Below, one piece after another: positions 1 to 8,979 of a stretch of DNA of 41,431 nt (position 1 is the first letter of the stretch; every line of letters begins with the position of its first letter). Position numbers and translations under genes: made by a program. Source of the DNA: a virus (taxonomy: Duplodnaviria > Caudoviricetes); the IMG/VR virus record IMGVR_UViG_3300024251_000003, positions 1 through 41,431 of that record. One strand, 5' to 3'. The notes under the pieces were generated by a model that saw only the letters and a list, made by a program, of their open reading frames with translations, had not been told where the DNA came from and did no database searches.

Positions 1-127
1 AGTTCTGTTCTCGCTCGAATGCGGGGGCGTGAGAGAAGCGGTTATTAAAGCGGTTGCTCAACGCGCTGACCTGCAAGGCGCTGACCTGCAAGGCGCTGAC
101 CTGCAAGGCGCTGACCTGCGAGGCGCT
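1..127. repeat. Terminal overlap, copy 1 (identical to 41305..41431); circular assembly
   Basis: The first 127 nt recur exactly at the window end, and an ORF reads through the junction. Confidence 0.95.
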
Positions 128-508
128 TACCTGCAAGGCGCTGACCTGCAAGGCGCTGACCTGCAAGGCGCTGACCTGCGAGGCGCTGACCTGCGAGGCG
201 CTGACCTGCAAGGCGCTGACCTGCGAGGCGCTGACCTGCAAGGCGCTGACCTGCGAGGCGCTTACCTGCGAGGCGCTGACAAATCAGTGATCGACCTAGG
301 CCAACCGGACGGTTGGGCCGCTTTCGCGTGGGTCAAAGATGGCTCTGTAATGGTTCAGGTTGGCTGCCAGTCATTCTCTCTTGCTGCCGGTCGTGATTAC
401 TGGCGCGGCAAAGCAAAACGGCGCGAAGTGATGGCCGCTCTGGACTACGCAGAATCTGTTGCAACTATTCGCGGGTGGATTGCCGAAGATAAAAAGGCTG
501 CGGCCTAA
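1..508 (+). CDS. Pentapeptide-repeat protein, 3' part
   Basis: 14 A(D/Y)L(Q/R)G units followed by a C-terminal domain containing VQVGCQ. Confidence 0.9.
   Translation, partial: VLFSLECGGVREAVIKAVAQRADLQGADLQGADLQGADLRGAYLQGADLQGADLQGADLRGADLRGADLQGADLRGADLQGADLRGAYLRGADKSVIDLGQPDGWAAFAWVKDGSVMVQVGCQSFSLAAGRDYWRGKAKRREVMAALDYAESVATIRGWIAEDKKAAA
65..280 (+). repeat. 15-nt tandem repeat (gctgacctgc(a/g)aggc), ~14.4 copies
   Basis: Visible near-perfect tandem array encoding the pentapeptides. Confidence 0.95.
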
Positions 509-523
509 CAACCGGAGAGAGAG

Positions 524-766
524 ATGACAGAAACAAAGTGGGATGCCCGTAAAACGCCCTCGACGCGCTCGTGGTTCATCGTGAATTCAGACACAGGTGG
601 ATTGATTTGCGAATGCGACTACGAGAATCACGCCCATCTTATCGCCGCCGCGCCGGAGTTGTTCGACGCCTGCGAATCAATTTGCGGAGTTTTTGAAGGC
701 GAAGAAGATGTACCGAGATATGTAAAAAAGGCCCGCGCCGCACTCGCCCGCGCAGGAGGTCAGTGA
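524..766 (+). CDS. Hypothetical phage protein (LIAAAPEL motif)
   Basis: SD GGAG; motif common in small phage early proteins. Confidence 0.75.
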   Translation: MTETKWDARKTPSTRSWFIVNSDTGGLICECDYENHAHLIAAAPELFDACESICGVFEGEEDVPRYVKKARAALARAGGQ

Positions 767-942
767 TGGGCAGCATGAGCTATTGCAGGTTTGAAAACAC
801 CGCGAACGACTTGCGCGACTGTCTGGATTGGATGAATGAGCGCAATGACCCTGAAGCGGAATTGCAAGAGGACGAGGCAAAGGCGTTCAGGAGACTGGTA
901 AAAATGTGTGTGGAAATCGCTAAAGATTATGGTGATGTATGA
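766..942 (+). CDS. Small phage protein, 58 aa (MGSMSYCRFENTANDLRDC...)
   Basis: Translated by hand; TGATG and ATGA overlaps with both neighbours; not in the ORF track. Confidence 0.75.
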   Translation: MGSMSYCRFENTANDLRDCLDWMNERNDPEAELQEDEAKAFRRLVKMCVEIAKDYGDV

Positions 943-1244
943 ACGGGGTCAAGGTAGGCGACCGCGCAGTAATTATCAAATATCCATGCTGCGGTGAGCA
1001 TTTGTTTGACGTGATGCTAGTGACGGATATTCAAAAGGTGTTCGGCGGTAATCGCTACATTATTCGGTGCAATGCGTGTGGCGGTGATTCGGAGTTTTCT
1101 GGAGTATTGGCGATAGACAACACTGTTCCGTCTGGCCTCACCTACGTAGTCAACTGCCCTATTGAATGGCTCAAGCCGCGCAATATCAAAATCGAGGACG
1201 AAGAAGTAATCCGCGAAAAGGAAATCGACCATGCAAACAATTAA
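939..1244 (+). CDS. Hypothetical protein with Cys pairs
   Basis: Coupled ORF in the early operon. Confidence 0.65.
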   Translation: MNGVKVGDRAVIIKYPCCGEHLFDVMLVTDIQKVFGGNRYIIRCNACGGDSEFSGVLAIDNTVPSGLTYVVNCPIEWLKPRNIKIEDEEVIREKEIDHANN

Positions 1245-1446
1245 ACAACGCAGCATGATTAAAAGCGCCAATGAATTCTACGCTGGCCGAACTGAATACC
1301 GCGAATCTGACTATAGGTTTGCGCGAACCTGTCCCGGCTTTTATCCAGAACCAGACGCGAGACTAGGCGACAAGGTTGTTCTTGGAGTCTCTGTCGTGAT
1401 CGTTGTTTGTTTGATTTTGTTGGCGGCTAGTGGGGTTGCTGTATGA
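1231..1446 (+). CDS. Hypothetical protein with C-terminal TM helix
   Basis: VVLGVSVVIVVCLILLAA hydrophobic stretch. Confidence 0.65.
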   Translation: MQTIKQRSMIKSANEFYAGRTEYRESDYRFARTCPGFYPEPDARLGDKVVLGVSVVIVVCLILLAASGVAV

Positions 1447-1814
1447 GCGCCCCCGAAACCCTCGCCCAATACGAAATTGACCGCGCTCGTGAGCATGAGC
1501 CCAAGCCAGTGACATACGGGCTGGCCGAAGTAATCGGCATAGACCGCCTTGAACACGAAATACATGCCAAAGTTGTCGCTGAGTTAGGCGAGGACTCTAT
1601 CGTTCACGGCTGCATCTATGACTCCGAGGTTGATCCTTCCTCCGAGTTGGCGCGGTGTTTCAGAAGTCTTAAAGCTGCCCGTAGCGGAAACAGTATTGCG
1701 CTGGACGCTATCACAACGGCATTAACTCAGTTGCATGGCCGCATGGATTCATCGCGGCATGAAGAACGGTTTGGTGAAATTTACGATTCACAGTGGAAAC
1801 CTGAAAAGGAATGA
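1443..1814 (+). CDS. Hypothetical protein
   Basis: ATGA-coupled ORF. Confidence 0.65.
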   Translation: MSAPETLAQYEIDRAREHEPKPVTYGLAEVIGIDRLEHEIHAKVVAELGEDSIVHGCIYDSEVDPSSELARCFRSLKAARSGNSIALDAITTALTQLHGRMDSSRHEERFGEIYDSQWKPEKE

Positions 1815-2002
1815 TGATGACCGACGATTTTAAGGCTGGCATGATGCGAGCCGCAGAAATGTGTCACAAAAATTCTGACGCATGTAGCGCAGAATCGAAA
1901 AAGCTGCCCGACGCTCTGGAACAAAATTGCATGGCATCGTCCGCTATTGCTCTGGCGCAAATGGCTGTGGAGATATTGCAGGCCGTGGAGCAGCGGGCAT
2001 GA
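1811..2002 (+). CDS. Hypothetical protein
   Basis: ATGA-coupled ORF. Confidence 0.6.
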   Translation: MMMTDDFKAGMMRAAEMCHKNSDACSAESKKLPDALEQNCMASSAIALAQMAVEILQAVEQRA

Positions 2003-3027
2003 ATGACATAGTAAAGAATCTCCCGGCGCTTGCGATGGACGACAAGCAACTTATAACCGTTCTGGAGAACTCCCTGTATCCCGGCGCACAGCCGACAAGT
2101 ATTGCCTTGGTCGTGAGTTACTGTAGAGCGTCAGGGCTTGATCCGATGATGAAGCCTGTTCATATCGTTCCCATGTGGGACAACAAGGCCGGCCGCATGA
2201 GGGATACCATCATGCCGGGGATAGGACTTTACCGCACACAGGCGGCACGTTCGGGCCAGTATGCGGGAATGACTGAGCCTGAATTTGGCCCTGACATTAC
2301 CGAAAAGGTTGGAGGGGTAGAAATCACCTACCCGGTATGGTGCAAGGTTACGGCCAAACGCGCAATGCCTAACGGCGCTATCGCTGAATTTCCAGCAGTT
2401 GAGCGGTGGAAAGAAAACTACGCAGTCAAGGGCGGCAAAGAGAAGTCAGTCGCCCCTAATTCCATGTGGACGCGACGCCCCTATGCTCAGTTGGCTAAGT
2501 GCGCAACGGCACAGGCGCTACGAGCAGCGTTCCCAGAACTTACAGGTTCACAGCCGACAGCGGAGGAAATGGAAGGTAAGGAGTTTATCGACGTTACGCC
2601 AAAGACCATAACCCCGACTACTGGAGCGGCTGAAAACGTACCGGAAGAACGCCGCGCCGAGATAATGGAACTGTCCAGCAGAATGAAGGCGTTTCTGAAT
2701 GACGGGGCCGTGGAAGATGCTGTCTTGGAGGGCGAAAACGCAGGACTTGACTCGGACGAAATGATTTTCCTATGGACGTACTTCGATAGTAAGCAGCGTA
2801 GCGCCATGAAAAAGGCGAGCAAAGCCATGAAGGAGCGATTCAGTCCCGTCGATGAAGTGAAAAAGATTTGTGCCGAGGCTCTGGAAATTGATGATTCAAA
2901 TACTGCATACATCAGGTTAGATGATGCGCGTTTGCTGTCGCAAGAAATGAACGACGAGCAAAAGGCGATGGCAATAAAGGAAATCGACGCTACGACGAAT
3001 AACATAAAGGCGCGGAAGGCGGCATGA
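1999..3027 (+). CDS. bet: Phage single-strand annealing recombinase (Bet/RecT family)
   Basis: CRASGLDPMMKPVHIVP, GIGLYRTQAARSGQYAG and MW..RPYAQLAKCATAQALRAAFP motifs; start reassigned to the ATGA-coupled ATG at 1999. Confidence 0.88.
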   Translation: MNDIVKNLPALAMDDKQLITVLENSLYPGAQPTSIALVVSYCRASGLDPMMKPVHIVPMWDNKAGRMRDTIMPGIGLYRTQAARSGQYAGMTEPEFGPDITEKVGGVEITYPVWCKVTAKRAMPNGAIAEFPAVERWKENYAVKGGKEKSVAPNSMWTRRPYAQLAKCATAQALRAAFPELTGSQPTAEEMEGKEFIDVTPKTITPTTGAAENVPEERRAEIMELSSRMKAFLNDGAVEDAVLEGENAGLDSDEMIFLWTYFDSKQRSAMKKASKAMKERFSPVDEVKKICAEALEIDDSNTAYIRLDDARLLSQEMNDEQKAMAIKEIDATTNNIKARKAA

Positions 3028-3539
3028 ACAAACACGCCATTAACCTGACGAACATACACAGGCAACTTGATTCCTTGCAGAAATGGCTATCTGCAAATGG
3101 CGCGGAAGTTCTCACGCCAACGAATGAATACGAAGTACTGCGATTCAAGGCGGGCGGGATAACCTCCATCGTTTACCGTAAGGGAACTGGTGGCATTACA
3201 TTAACAGGGCAATCATTGGAAGCGATAACCGCATTTTTTACCGCGAAATCGTGGCGTGCTGCGGAGCCAACAAAACGCCGCAATGTAAGCCCTCATATAA
3301 ACACCGTAATAAAGCGCGACGGTGATCTGTGCTTCGCATGTGGATGGCCGGTGTCGGATGGCGACGCATCAATTGACCATCTCGTACCTATTACACACCA
3401 AGGCCCGAACCACATAAGCAATTTCGTTCTGATGCACGTTTCCTGCAATCAACACTGCGGGCATATGAGCGCAGCGGAAAAGATAAAAATGCACGTTGAG
3501 TGGCAGATTGCATCGGCTGGGTTACGGAGGGCGGCGTAG
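3024..3539 (+). CDS. HNH endonuclease with N-terminal extra domain
   Basis: RDGDLCFACG...SIDHLVP...GPNHISNFVLMHVSCN. Confidence 0.8.
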   Translation: MNKHAINLTNIHRQLDSLQKWLSANGAEVLTPTNEYEVLRFKAGGITSIVYRKGTGGITLTGQSLEAITAFFTAKSWRAAEPTKRRNVSPHINTVIKRDGDLCFACGWPVSDGDASIDHLVPITHQGPNHISNFVLMHVSCNQHCGHMSAAEKIKMHVEWQIASAGLRRAA

Positions 3540-3920
3540 ATGCTCGACCTCATCGACACCCTACGCCCCAGCGAAGCGCCAGAAGCTACTGACGCCCGCC
3601 ATGTACGGGGAATTATCTCGCCACTGGACTTCACCACGAATCCGCGTCTGGCCAATGCCTCCCTCAGACGATGGAGCAGGACAAACAAACAGCCTGCGGG
3701 GAAGCGTGAAGCTGCGGTAATTGCGCGCAGGGAGAGAATCCTATCAATCCTAAAATCTGGTAAACGAATGACAACGGAAGAAATACGTCTGCGATTGCGA
3801 ATAGCGCGCACATCTGCCAGAGGTGATTTAAGGGAAATGCGGGAATCTGGAATTGTTAAGTGCGATCCGCCCGCCTCGGCTGTGAGTATTGGGCAGAGCG
3901 AACGGGTTTATTTTTTGTGA
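3540..3920 (+). CDS. Winged-helix/HTH DNA-binding protein
   Basis: RRERILSILK...MTTEEIRLRLRIARTSARGDLREM resembles a DeoR-like HTH. Confidence 0.6.
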   Translation: MLDLIDTLRPSEAPEATDARHVRGIISPLDFTTNPRLANASLRRWSRTNKQPAGKREAAVIARRERILSILKSGKRMTTEEIRLRLRIARTSARGDLREMRESGIVKCDPPASAVSIGQSERVYFL

Positions 3921-3923
3921 GGA

Positions 3924-4808
3924 ATGGATATGAGCAAACTCAAGAGACTTCACGAAGATGCCGCAGCACAGCAGATGCCCGAAAGCGCGAGCCAAGGGGC
4001 AGGCCCAATACCTGAAACATCATCTGCTGTTGCTGCGGCCACTGCAACCGATCCAGCGCCAACAATCACAGCCGGGACTATGGAAGATAAAGTGAAACCT
4101 AGTGTTGCACCATTTTCAGTAACTCAGACATGGAATAACGCAACCGAGCCAGCGCGTAACGAAGGTCACTCTGCGTTGCGAGTGAAGGCCGGCAAGATAG
4201 AAACATTTGACCCGCATCCGAAGTCCGAGCCAGCGGCGGGCGGTGAAACGCCGGAGACGGATGCGCTACGGCGATCTGGTAACGACGAAGATAAAGCGCA
4301 CGGACTAGATGACCTTGGGCATTACATGGCTGCCACAGAGCGCTATTCCGATCTGTGCCGCTCCTTGGAGCGCCAACGCAACGCGCTACAGGTCGAACTC
4401 GCCGCAACGAAGCGCGAGCTTGCCGACGCCAAAGCAGACGCTAAATCATGGGCGGATCAATGCGGCGAGCGCGTAAAAGATTGGGATGCTATGCGCGAAC
4501 GCGCCGAGAAAGCCGCGCGCGAACTTGCCGAGTTGCGCAAGTCGCTGGATGAGGCGAAGGTGGAGTTTCCGCTCATTGAGTGCGACATATGGTCTGACAG
4601 AGGCCATCCCGCCGTAAGTGAGAAGCAAGCTAAATCTATCCGCCAAGCCGCCATCGCCATCATCGCCAAGCAGAAGATGGAGATTGAAGCGTTAAAGGCA
4701 GAAAACTTTTCTCTTGCCGCTCATCAGTGCATTGTTCCAGGCGGATTGTGCGGCGACGAATACGGAAATCAGTATTGTGCATTGGAGCGCAAACATGGCA
4801 AAGGTTGA
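3924..4808 (+). CDS. Hypothetical coiled-coil protein
   Basis: Long ORF with SD GAGG; heptad-rich central region. Confidence 0.65.
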   Translation: MDMSKLKRLHEDAAAQQMPESASQGAGPIPETSSAVAAATATDPAPTITAGTMEDKVKPSVAPFSVTQTWNNATEPARNEGHSALRVKAGKIETFDPHPKSEPAAGGETPETDALRRSGNDEDKAHGLDDLGHYMAATERYSDLCRSLERQRNALQVELAATKRELADAKADAKSWADQCGERVKDWDAMRERAEKAARELAELRKSLDEAKVEFPLIECDIWSDRGHPAVSEKQAKSIRQAAIAIIAKQKMEIEALKAENFSLAAHQCIVPGGLCGDEYGNQYCALERKHGKG

Positions 4809-5022
4809 AAAAATCTATGCAATAGTAGGGGCACGCATTCGCAAGGCGCGGATGGCGATAGGAATGCGTCAGGATCAACTGGCATTAAAAATGAAACTTG
4901 AGCGCACAAGCATCGTAAATATCGAGCGCGGTAAGCAACGCATCTATTGGCATTACGTTCCTGCATTCTGCCGCGCCCTAAAAATCACCCCGCGCCAACT
5001 TTGCCAAGGGCTGTTCAAATGA
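4795..5022 (+). CDS. XRE-family HTH regulator
   Basis: VGARIRKARMAIGMRQDQLA...RTSIVNIERGKQ; ATG 4795 after GGAG. Confidence 0.85.
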   Translation: MAKVEKIYAIVGARIRKARMAIGMRQDQLALKMKLERTSIVNIERGKQRIYWHYVPAFCRALKITPRQLCQGLFK

Positions 5023-5420
5023 GAACCGTCACCATGTATCGTGATGACAGCACGGTTCAGGTCGTTTACGAAAACGTGAAGGCCGTCTTTTGGACTGCCA
5101 ACAATACCGTTCTTGTAGTGTCGCAGTTTACCAATATGGATACCGGAGCGCATCGGTACATACACTGGCCGCGTGAACGTATTTGCTGGTTTAAGGACGA
5201 GCCTGACGCCGCCCGAAACGCAGCCAAGGAGGGGAGAATGGATAGCTATCGGTTAAACCGCAGCGAATTGCTCTATGCAAAGCCGCCGTATTCCTACGAA
5301 TTTATCGCAGCCCGCAAGGATGATAAGTGGCGCATTAAAGACTCGCAGGACAACGCGGTTGGGAGCGCCAAAGATGAAGAATCTGCGCAGCAAGCGGTCA
5401 GAATATTAAATCTGGGGTAA
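5019..5420 (+). CDS. Hypothetical protein (possible in-frame internal start at 5238)
   Basis: ATGA-coupled start; strong internal SD AAGGAGG before ATG 5238. Confidence 0.6.
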   Translation: MRTVTMYRDDSTVQVVYENVKAVFWTANNTVLVVSQFTNMDTGAHRYIHWPRERICWFKDEPDAARNAAKEGRMDSYRLNRSELLYAKPPYSYEFIAARKDDKWRIKDSQDNAVGSAKDEESAQQAVRILNLG

Positions 5421-5989
5421 TGAAAATGACCGACAAATTATGCGCACGGGCAGAGGAACTTGCTGCCCCTGTATGGCAACAGTTCACACGGCAGATTGAG
5501 CGGCCTATGGTTGAAGCTATGCTCGCCTTTGCCGCCGAGCAGCGGGCCGAGGCGATTGCGGAGGCGGTAGATCTTCTCAACGCTATGGCAAAACAAAAAC
5601 AGAGCGATTGGGATGCCGCAGTGAATCGAATTATGGCAGAAGGCAAGAGCGTTTATTCGACAAATTGGGGGCCGGCATATATGTCTGAAGCGGCCGAAGC
5701 AATCTCTCGCCTAGCCGAAAGTCCTGGTGCTGTGGCCGGTGAATTATTCTACCTGCAAGACTCTCGTAGTTACGTCGGCAACGATGTTCTGTGGTGGAAA
5801 ATTAACGGCAGCGGATACACGACAGATTTGCGGGAAGCGCAAGTTTACACGGCAGCCAACATCGCATCATTTAATAGAAACCGTGACACCGACATTGCAT
5901 GGCCTAAGTCATATATCGACAGCAAGGCACGTCCAGCGGTTGACTTTCAAAGTCTCGATAAAGCCATGATATCCGCACGGAAGGAATGA
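5420..5989 (+). CDS. Hypothetical phage protein
   Basis: C-terminal FYLQDSRSYVGNDVLWW..GSGYTTDL..AQVY block of a type seen in phage accessory proteins. Confidence 0.65.
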   Translation: MKMTDKLCARAEELAAPVWQQFTRQIERPMVEAMLAFAAEQRAEAIAEAVDLLNAMAKQKQSDWDAAVNRIMAEGKSVYSTNWGPAYMSEAAEAISRLAESPGAVAGELFYLQDSRSYVGNDVLWWKINGSGYTTDLREAQVYTAANIASFNRNRDTDIAWPKSYIDSKARPAVDFQSLDKAMISARKE

Positions 5990-6351
5990 TGATGAATCCA
6001 CACGACGATTACAAACGGCTGGATATACCAGCAGATTCATACTTAGAGCCTTGTCCTGTGTGCTCATCTAATGGAGAGTTGTGGGAATACATCACTGGCG
6101 CGGGCGATGCCAAGAAGGTTGTGATGTGCTCGAATGGAGATGCGTTCTGGCCGCAGGAGGGAATGGTAAATGAAGGCTGCCTCCTTTACATGCCGCCGAG
6201 CGGTTTTTACTCACCGCGTAAGGCCGGGGCAATCAAGTATTGGAATGACTACTCGAAGGCATTAACGAAACAGAGGAGAAAAAGAAATTGGGAGCGCCAT
6301 AACAACGGATTTTTTCGTAATGGACATCTTACAGATTGCGACATGAAATGA
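5986..6351 (+). CDS. Lar-like zinc-ribbon protein
   Basis: LEPCPVC...C...C...AIKYWN pattern. Confidence 0.5.
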   Translation: MMMNPHDDYKRLDIPADSYLEPCPVCSSNGELWEYITGAGDAKKVVMCSNGDAFWPQEGMVNEGCLLYMPPSGFYSPRKAGAIKYWNDYSKALTKQRRKRNWERHNNGFFRNGHLTDCDMK

Positions 6352-6527
6352 ACGCCATATCCGAAGCACAGCGAACCATAGCCTCCCCGCACATGATTTT
6401 CGACCGGCAGCACTACGAGCGGGTTATTGCGGATTTGCTCGACCCTTTGGCCGGGATTGATAATCCTACGCCGCAGGATGTGCTGGACGCGGTTCGGACG
6501 GTTCATTTGGCGTTGGCGGGCGAATGA
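6348..6527 (+). CDS. Hypothetical protein
   Basis: ATGA-coupled at both ends. Confidence 0.6.
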   Translation: MNAISEAQRTIASPHMIFDRQHYERVIADLLDPLAGIDNPTPQDVLDAVRTVHLALAGE

Positions 6528-7195
6528 GCGAAAAACCCATATTGTTCAGCGGCGCTATGGTGAAAGCCATACTCGACGGGCGCAAGACGCAGACTCGGCG
6601 TGCCGTGAAGTCGTTTAAGCATTTCGTCCCAGCGCTGAACTGCGAAATGGATTGCATTAAGGATCGTGACGGTATGCCATCGCGGTTAGATATCGCGCCG
6701 GACAATTGGGACTGTTGCCACTACGGTCAACCCGGACACCGCTTATGGGTGCGCGAAACCGGATGGGAACGCCCATACCGCACTACGAAGATGATGCGCG
6801 AGGGCGCGGACACATGGGAGCCGTACTACTACGACGCCGACGGATATGACGACAACGATGGAGATCAATTCAAGTCATGGGGATTCAAGCGCCGGCCATC
6901 TATATTCATGCCCCGCTGGGCGTCGCGCATCACGCTTGAGATTACCGACGTTCGCTGCCAGCGGTTGCAGGACATCAGCTATGAGGACGCCGTTGCCGAA
7001 GGTTTCGGGTATGAGGAAGATAGATTCGAACATGTCGTAAACGGCGAAACATTCGAACAATGCTCGCGACGATTGCGCTGGCCGCAACGCTCCTTTGAGC
7101 TGCTATGGGGGAAAATCAACGCCAAGCGCGCGCCGTGGGCGTCGAATCCTTGGGTCTGGGCAATTTCCTTCCGTCGCGTTAGGGCCGCAGAGTGA
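6524..7195 (+). CDS. Conserved phage protein, ASCH/PUA-like
   Basis: PILFSGAMVKAILDGRKTQTRR...LWVRET...PSIFMPRWASRITLEITDVR..RLQDIS..DAVAEG...NPWVW. Confidence 0.8.
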   Translation: MSEKPILFSGAMVKAILDGRKTQTRRAVKSFKHFVPALNCEMDCIKDRDGMPSRLDIAPDNWDCCHYGQPGHRLWVRETGWERPYRTTKMMREGADTWEPYYYDADGYDDNDGDQFKSWGFKRRPSIFMPRWASRITLEITDVRCQRLQDISYEDAVAEGFGYEEDRFEHVVNGETFEQCSRRLRWPQRSFELLWGKINAKRAPWASNPWVWAISFRRVRAAE

Positions 7196-7284
7196 GTGAC
7201 GTTCTGCGCGCAGCTTTCTGCCTTGCCGACTTGGCCTTGATCGTACTTTGGATCACTGGTCAATATATTTATCGGTGGATGTAA
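7192..7284 (+). CDS. Small hydrophobic peptide, 30 aa
   Basis: Translated by hand (MSDVLRAAFCLADLALIVLWITGQYIYRWM); GTGA-coupled. Confidence 0.45.
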   Translation: MSDVLRAAFCLADLALIVLWITGQYIYRWM

Positions 7285-7318
7285 TAAGTAACATTTTTAA
7301 CTAACGAAAGGAACTGAA

Positions 7319-7759
7319 ATGAAACCAGCAATCGCACTATCCGCGCTACTTCTCGCCGGCTGCGCCATCTTCGATCCCCCTCTGGTCATAAACGAACCGA
7401 TTGTCTCAAGCTGGAAAATTGAAAAACCAATCAGCACGCCGGCCGCTGGAAAATATGGCGGTTACTGGACTTGCAGCGGCAAAAGCAAGGTTCCAAACCC
7501 GCCAGGCTTCCGCATGGTCATCGTTCAGGCAAAGACGCCATGCGGCGACTCACCGGCCTGCGCATTCCCTGATTTCAATGCGATATTCGTTCGGTCAGAC
7601 TTTACCCGCGAAGTGCAGGATCGCATGGTTGACCATGAACAGCTTGAACTGGAAGGCTGTAGCCACGATCCGAAGCCATCAAATCGAATCGTCTACGACC
7701 TTCAGGGCAACTCGATTGATTTTCCGGTGACGTTGCCGGTGGTTCGGGCGGCGCAGTGA
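7319..7759 (+). CDS. Lipoprotein
   Basis: Signal peptide with lipobox LAGC; SD AAAGGA. Confidence 0.8.
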   Translation: MKPAIALSALLLAGCAIFDPPLVINEPIVSSWKIEKPISTPAAGKYGGYWTCSGKSKVPNPPGFRMVIVQAKTPCGDSPACAFPDFNAIFVRSDFTREVQDRMVDHEQLELEGCSHDPKPSNRIVYDLQGNSIDFPVTLPVVRAAQ

Positions 7760-7998
7760 TGGCATCAGAACTACCAGAGCAATGCTCACACGGCAAGAAC
7801 TTCAAGGAGGACTGCCCTGAATGTGAAACCGTGTGGGGCCGCAGCTTTATGACCGAAGAACAAAAGTCACTTGCGGTTTTCTACAACGTGAACACGAAGG
7901 ATGAGCTTATCGCGGCGCAGGCTCATCACGTTGAGAAATTGCAGGCCAAATTACCGCCGCTTCGAGACGAGCAACCACGTAGGGTAAGGGAAGGCTAA
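7756..7998 (+). CDS. Hypothetical protein (CxH...CxxC)
   Basis: Coupled ORF. Confidence 0.6.
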   Translation: MMASELPEQCSHGKNFKEDCPECETVWGRSFMTEEQKSLAVFYNVNTKDELIAAQAHHVEKLQAKLPPLRDEQPRRVREG

Positions 7999-8087
7999 TG
8001 CACCCCGCCCGACGCCTAGCAATTATCTCGTTTGTCGGGATCTGCGCTATTCTTTTGGCGCTGGTGGTGGATTGGTTTCTAAGATAA
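7998..8087 (+). CDS. Small membrane peptide, 29 aa
   Basis: MHPARRLAIISFVGICAILLALVVDWFLR; TAATG-coupled. Confidence 0.55.
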   Translation: MHPARRLAIISFVGICAILLALVVDWFLR

Positions 8088-8111
8088 AGTATAACTGCGA
8101 AAGGAGTAAAT

Positions 8112-8330
8112 ATGAATCAACATAAACAGGCTGCCATCAATGCAATACGCGCTACGCTGGGGGATGACTTAGCTCGCGCAAAGAGCGTATGGAGGAACTG
8201 CACTCCAGATCAAATGAACTTGCCATACGGACAAAGCGGTAAGACTCGCGCCGAACTTCTTGCGGAATGGCAAGAACACGCAGACAAAACAGCCGCCACG
8301 ATTAAATGGCTTGAGTCTATTCCTGACTAG
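8112..8330 (+). CDS. Hypothetical protein
   Basis: Strong SD AAGGAG. Confidence 0.75.
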   Translation: MNQHKQAAINAIRATLGDDLARAKSVWRNCTPDQMNLPYGQSGKTRAELLAEWQEHADKTAATIKWLESIPD

Positions 8331-8341
8331 ACCGACCGATA

Positions 8342-8506
8342 ATGAATCTCTCCCGCGCTTTAACTATTCGCTTATTCTTCTGCATAAGCGTTCTACTGAT
8401 GGTATTGATAGTAGACGATTGGTGGATACGCTCTTTCTGGCTGGCCATTCTGTTTTTAGCGGCCGTTACAGTAGAGTTGTTTCTGAAATGGAGAGACTAT
8501 GACTGA
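8342..8506 (+). CDS. Small two-TM membrane protein, 54 aa
   Basis: Translated by hand: MNLSRALTIRLFFCISVLLMVLIVDDWWIRSFWLAILFLAAVTVELFLKWRDYD. Confidence 0.55.
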   Translation: MNLSRALTIRLFFCISVLLMVLIVDDWWIRSFWLAILFLAAVTVELFLKWRDYD

Positions 8507-8834
8507 CATTGAAATGGTACGGGCGTGTGCGCGGGTGATGGGAATTGACACGCGAGATATTAACGGATACCCGTATGTGGCTTGCGAACACTACCTAAGA
8601 GACACTAGCGACGAAAAGGGGGCGCTTAAAATTTATTCTCCGCTCACCGACAAAGCGCAGGCGATGGACTTGGTGACTGAATTACGGCTTTTCGTTAAGC
8701 CTTGGCCGCTACGTGGTTGTGATGGATGGATCGTCGGTGACGAGAACGAGACAGCGGAAGGCCGAGGTGAAACGCTTCTGCGCGCCATCTGCGAATGCGC
8801 AGCAAATGTTCAACTGGCGAAGGAGGGGAAGTAG
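8499..8834 (+). CDS. NinX-like phage protein
   Basis: YSPLTDKAQAMDLV...LRAICECA pattern. Confidence 0.65.
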   Translation: MTDIEMVRACARVMGIDTRDINGYPYVACEHYLRDTSDEKGALKIYSPLTDKAQAMDLVTELRLFVKPWPLRGCDGWIVGDENETAEGRGETLLRAICECAANVQLAKEGK

Positions 8835-8837
8835 CTG

Positions 8838-8951
8838 ATGTTAGTCTTTAAACGCTCAGACGATGCCTATGTCAAATCGCTGATTGTTGTTCATTGGGCG
8901 GCATGGATTCTGGGTGGGCTATGCTTGTGGGCACTTTGGACGCTGCTATGA
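8838..8951 (+). CDS. Small membrane peptide, 37 aa
   Basis: MLVFKRSDDAYVKSLIVVHWAAWILGGLCLWALWTLL; AGGAGG upstream. Confidence 0.5.
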   Translation: MLVFKRSDDAYVKSLIVVHWAAWILGGLCLWALWTLL

Positions 8952-8979
8952 CGGATTCTCGCAACGCACGGAAGGAATA

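Noticed and set aside
54-290. ORF with [10 protein letters not shown] repeats, or the array as a CRISPR
   Set aside because: It is the alternate-frame shadow of the pentapeptide repeat; there are no spacers or cas genes
4795-5022. XRE protein as the CI immunity repressor
   Set aside because: It lies mid-operon far from the operators and has no peptidase domain; it could still bind them, which is untested
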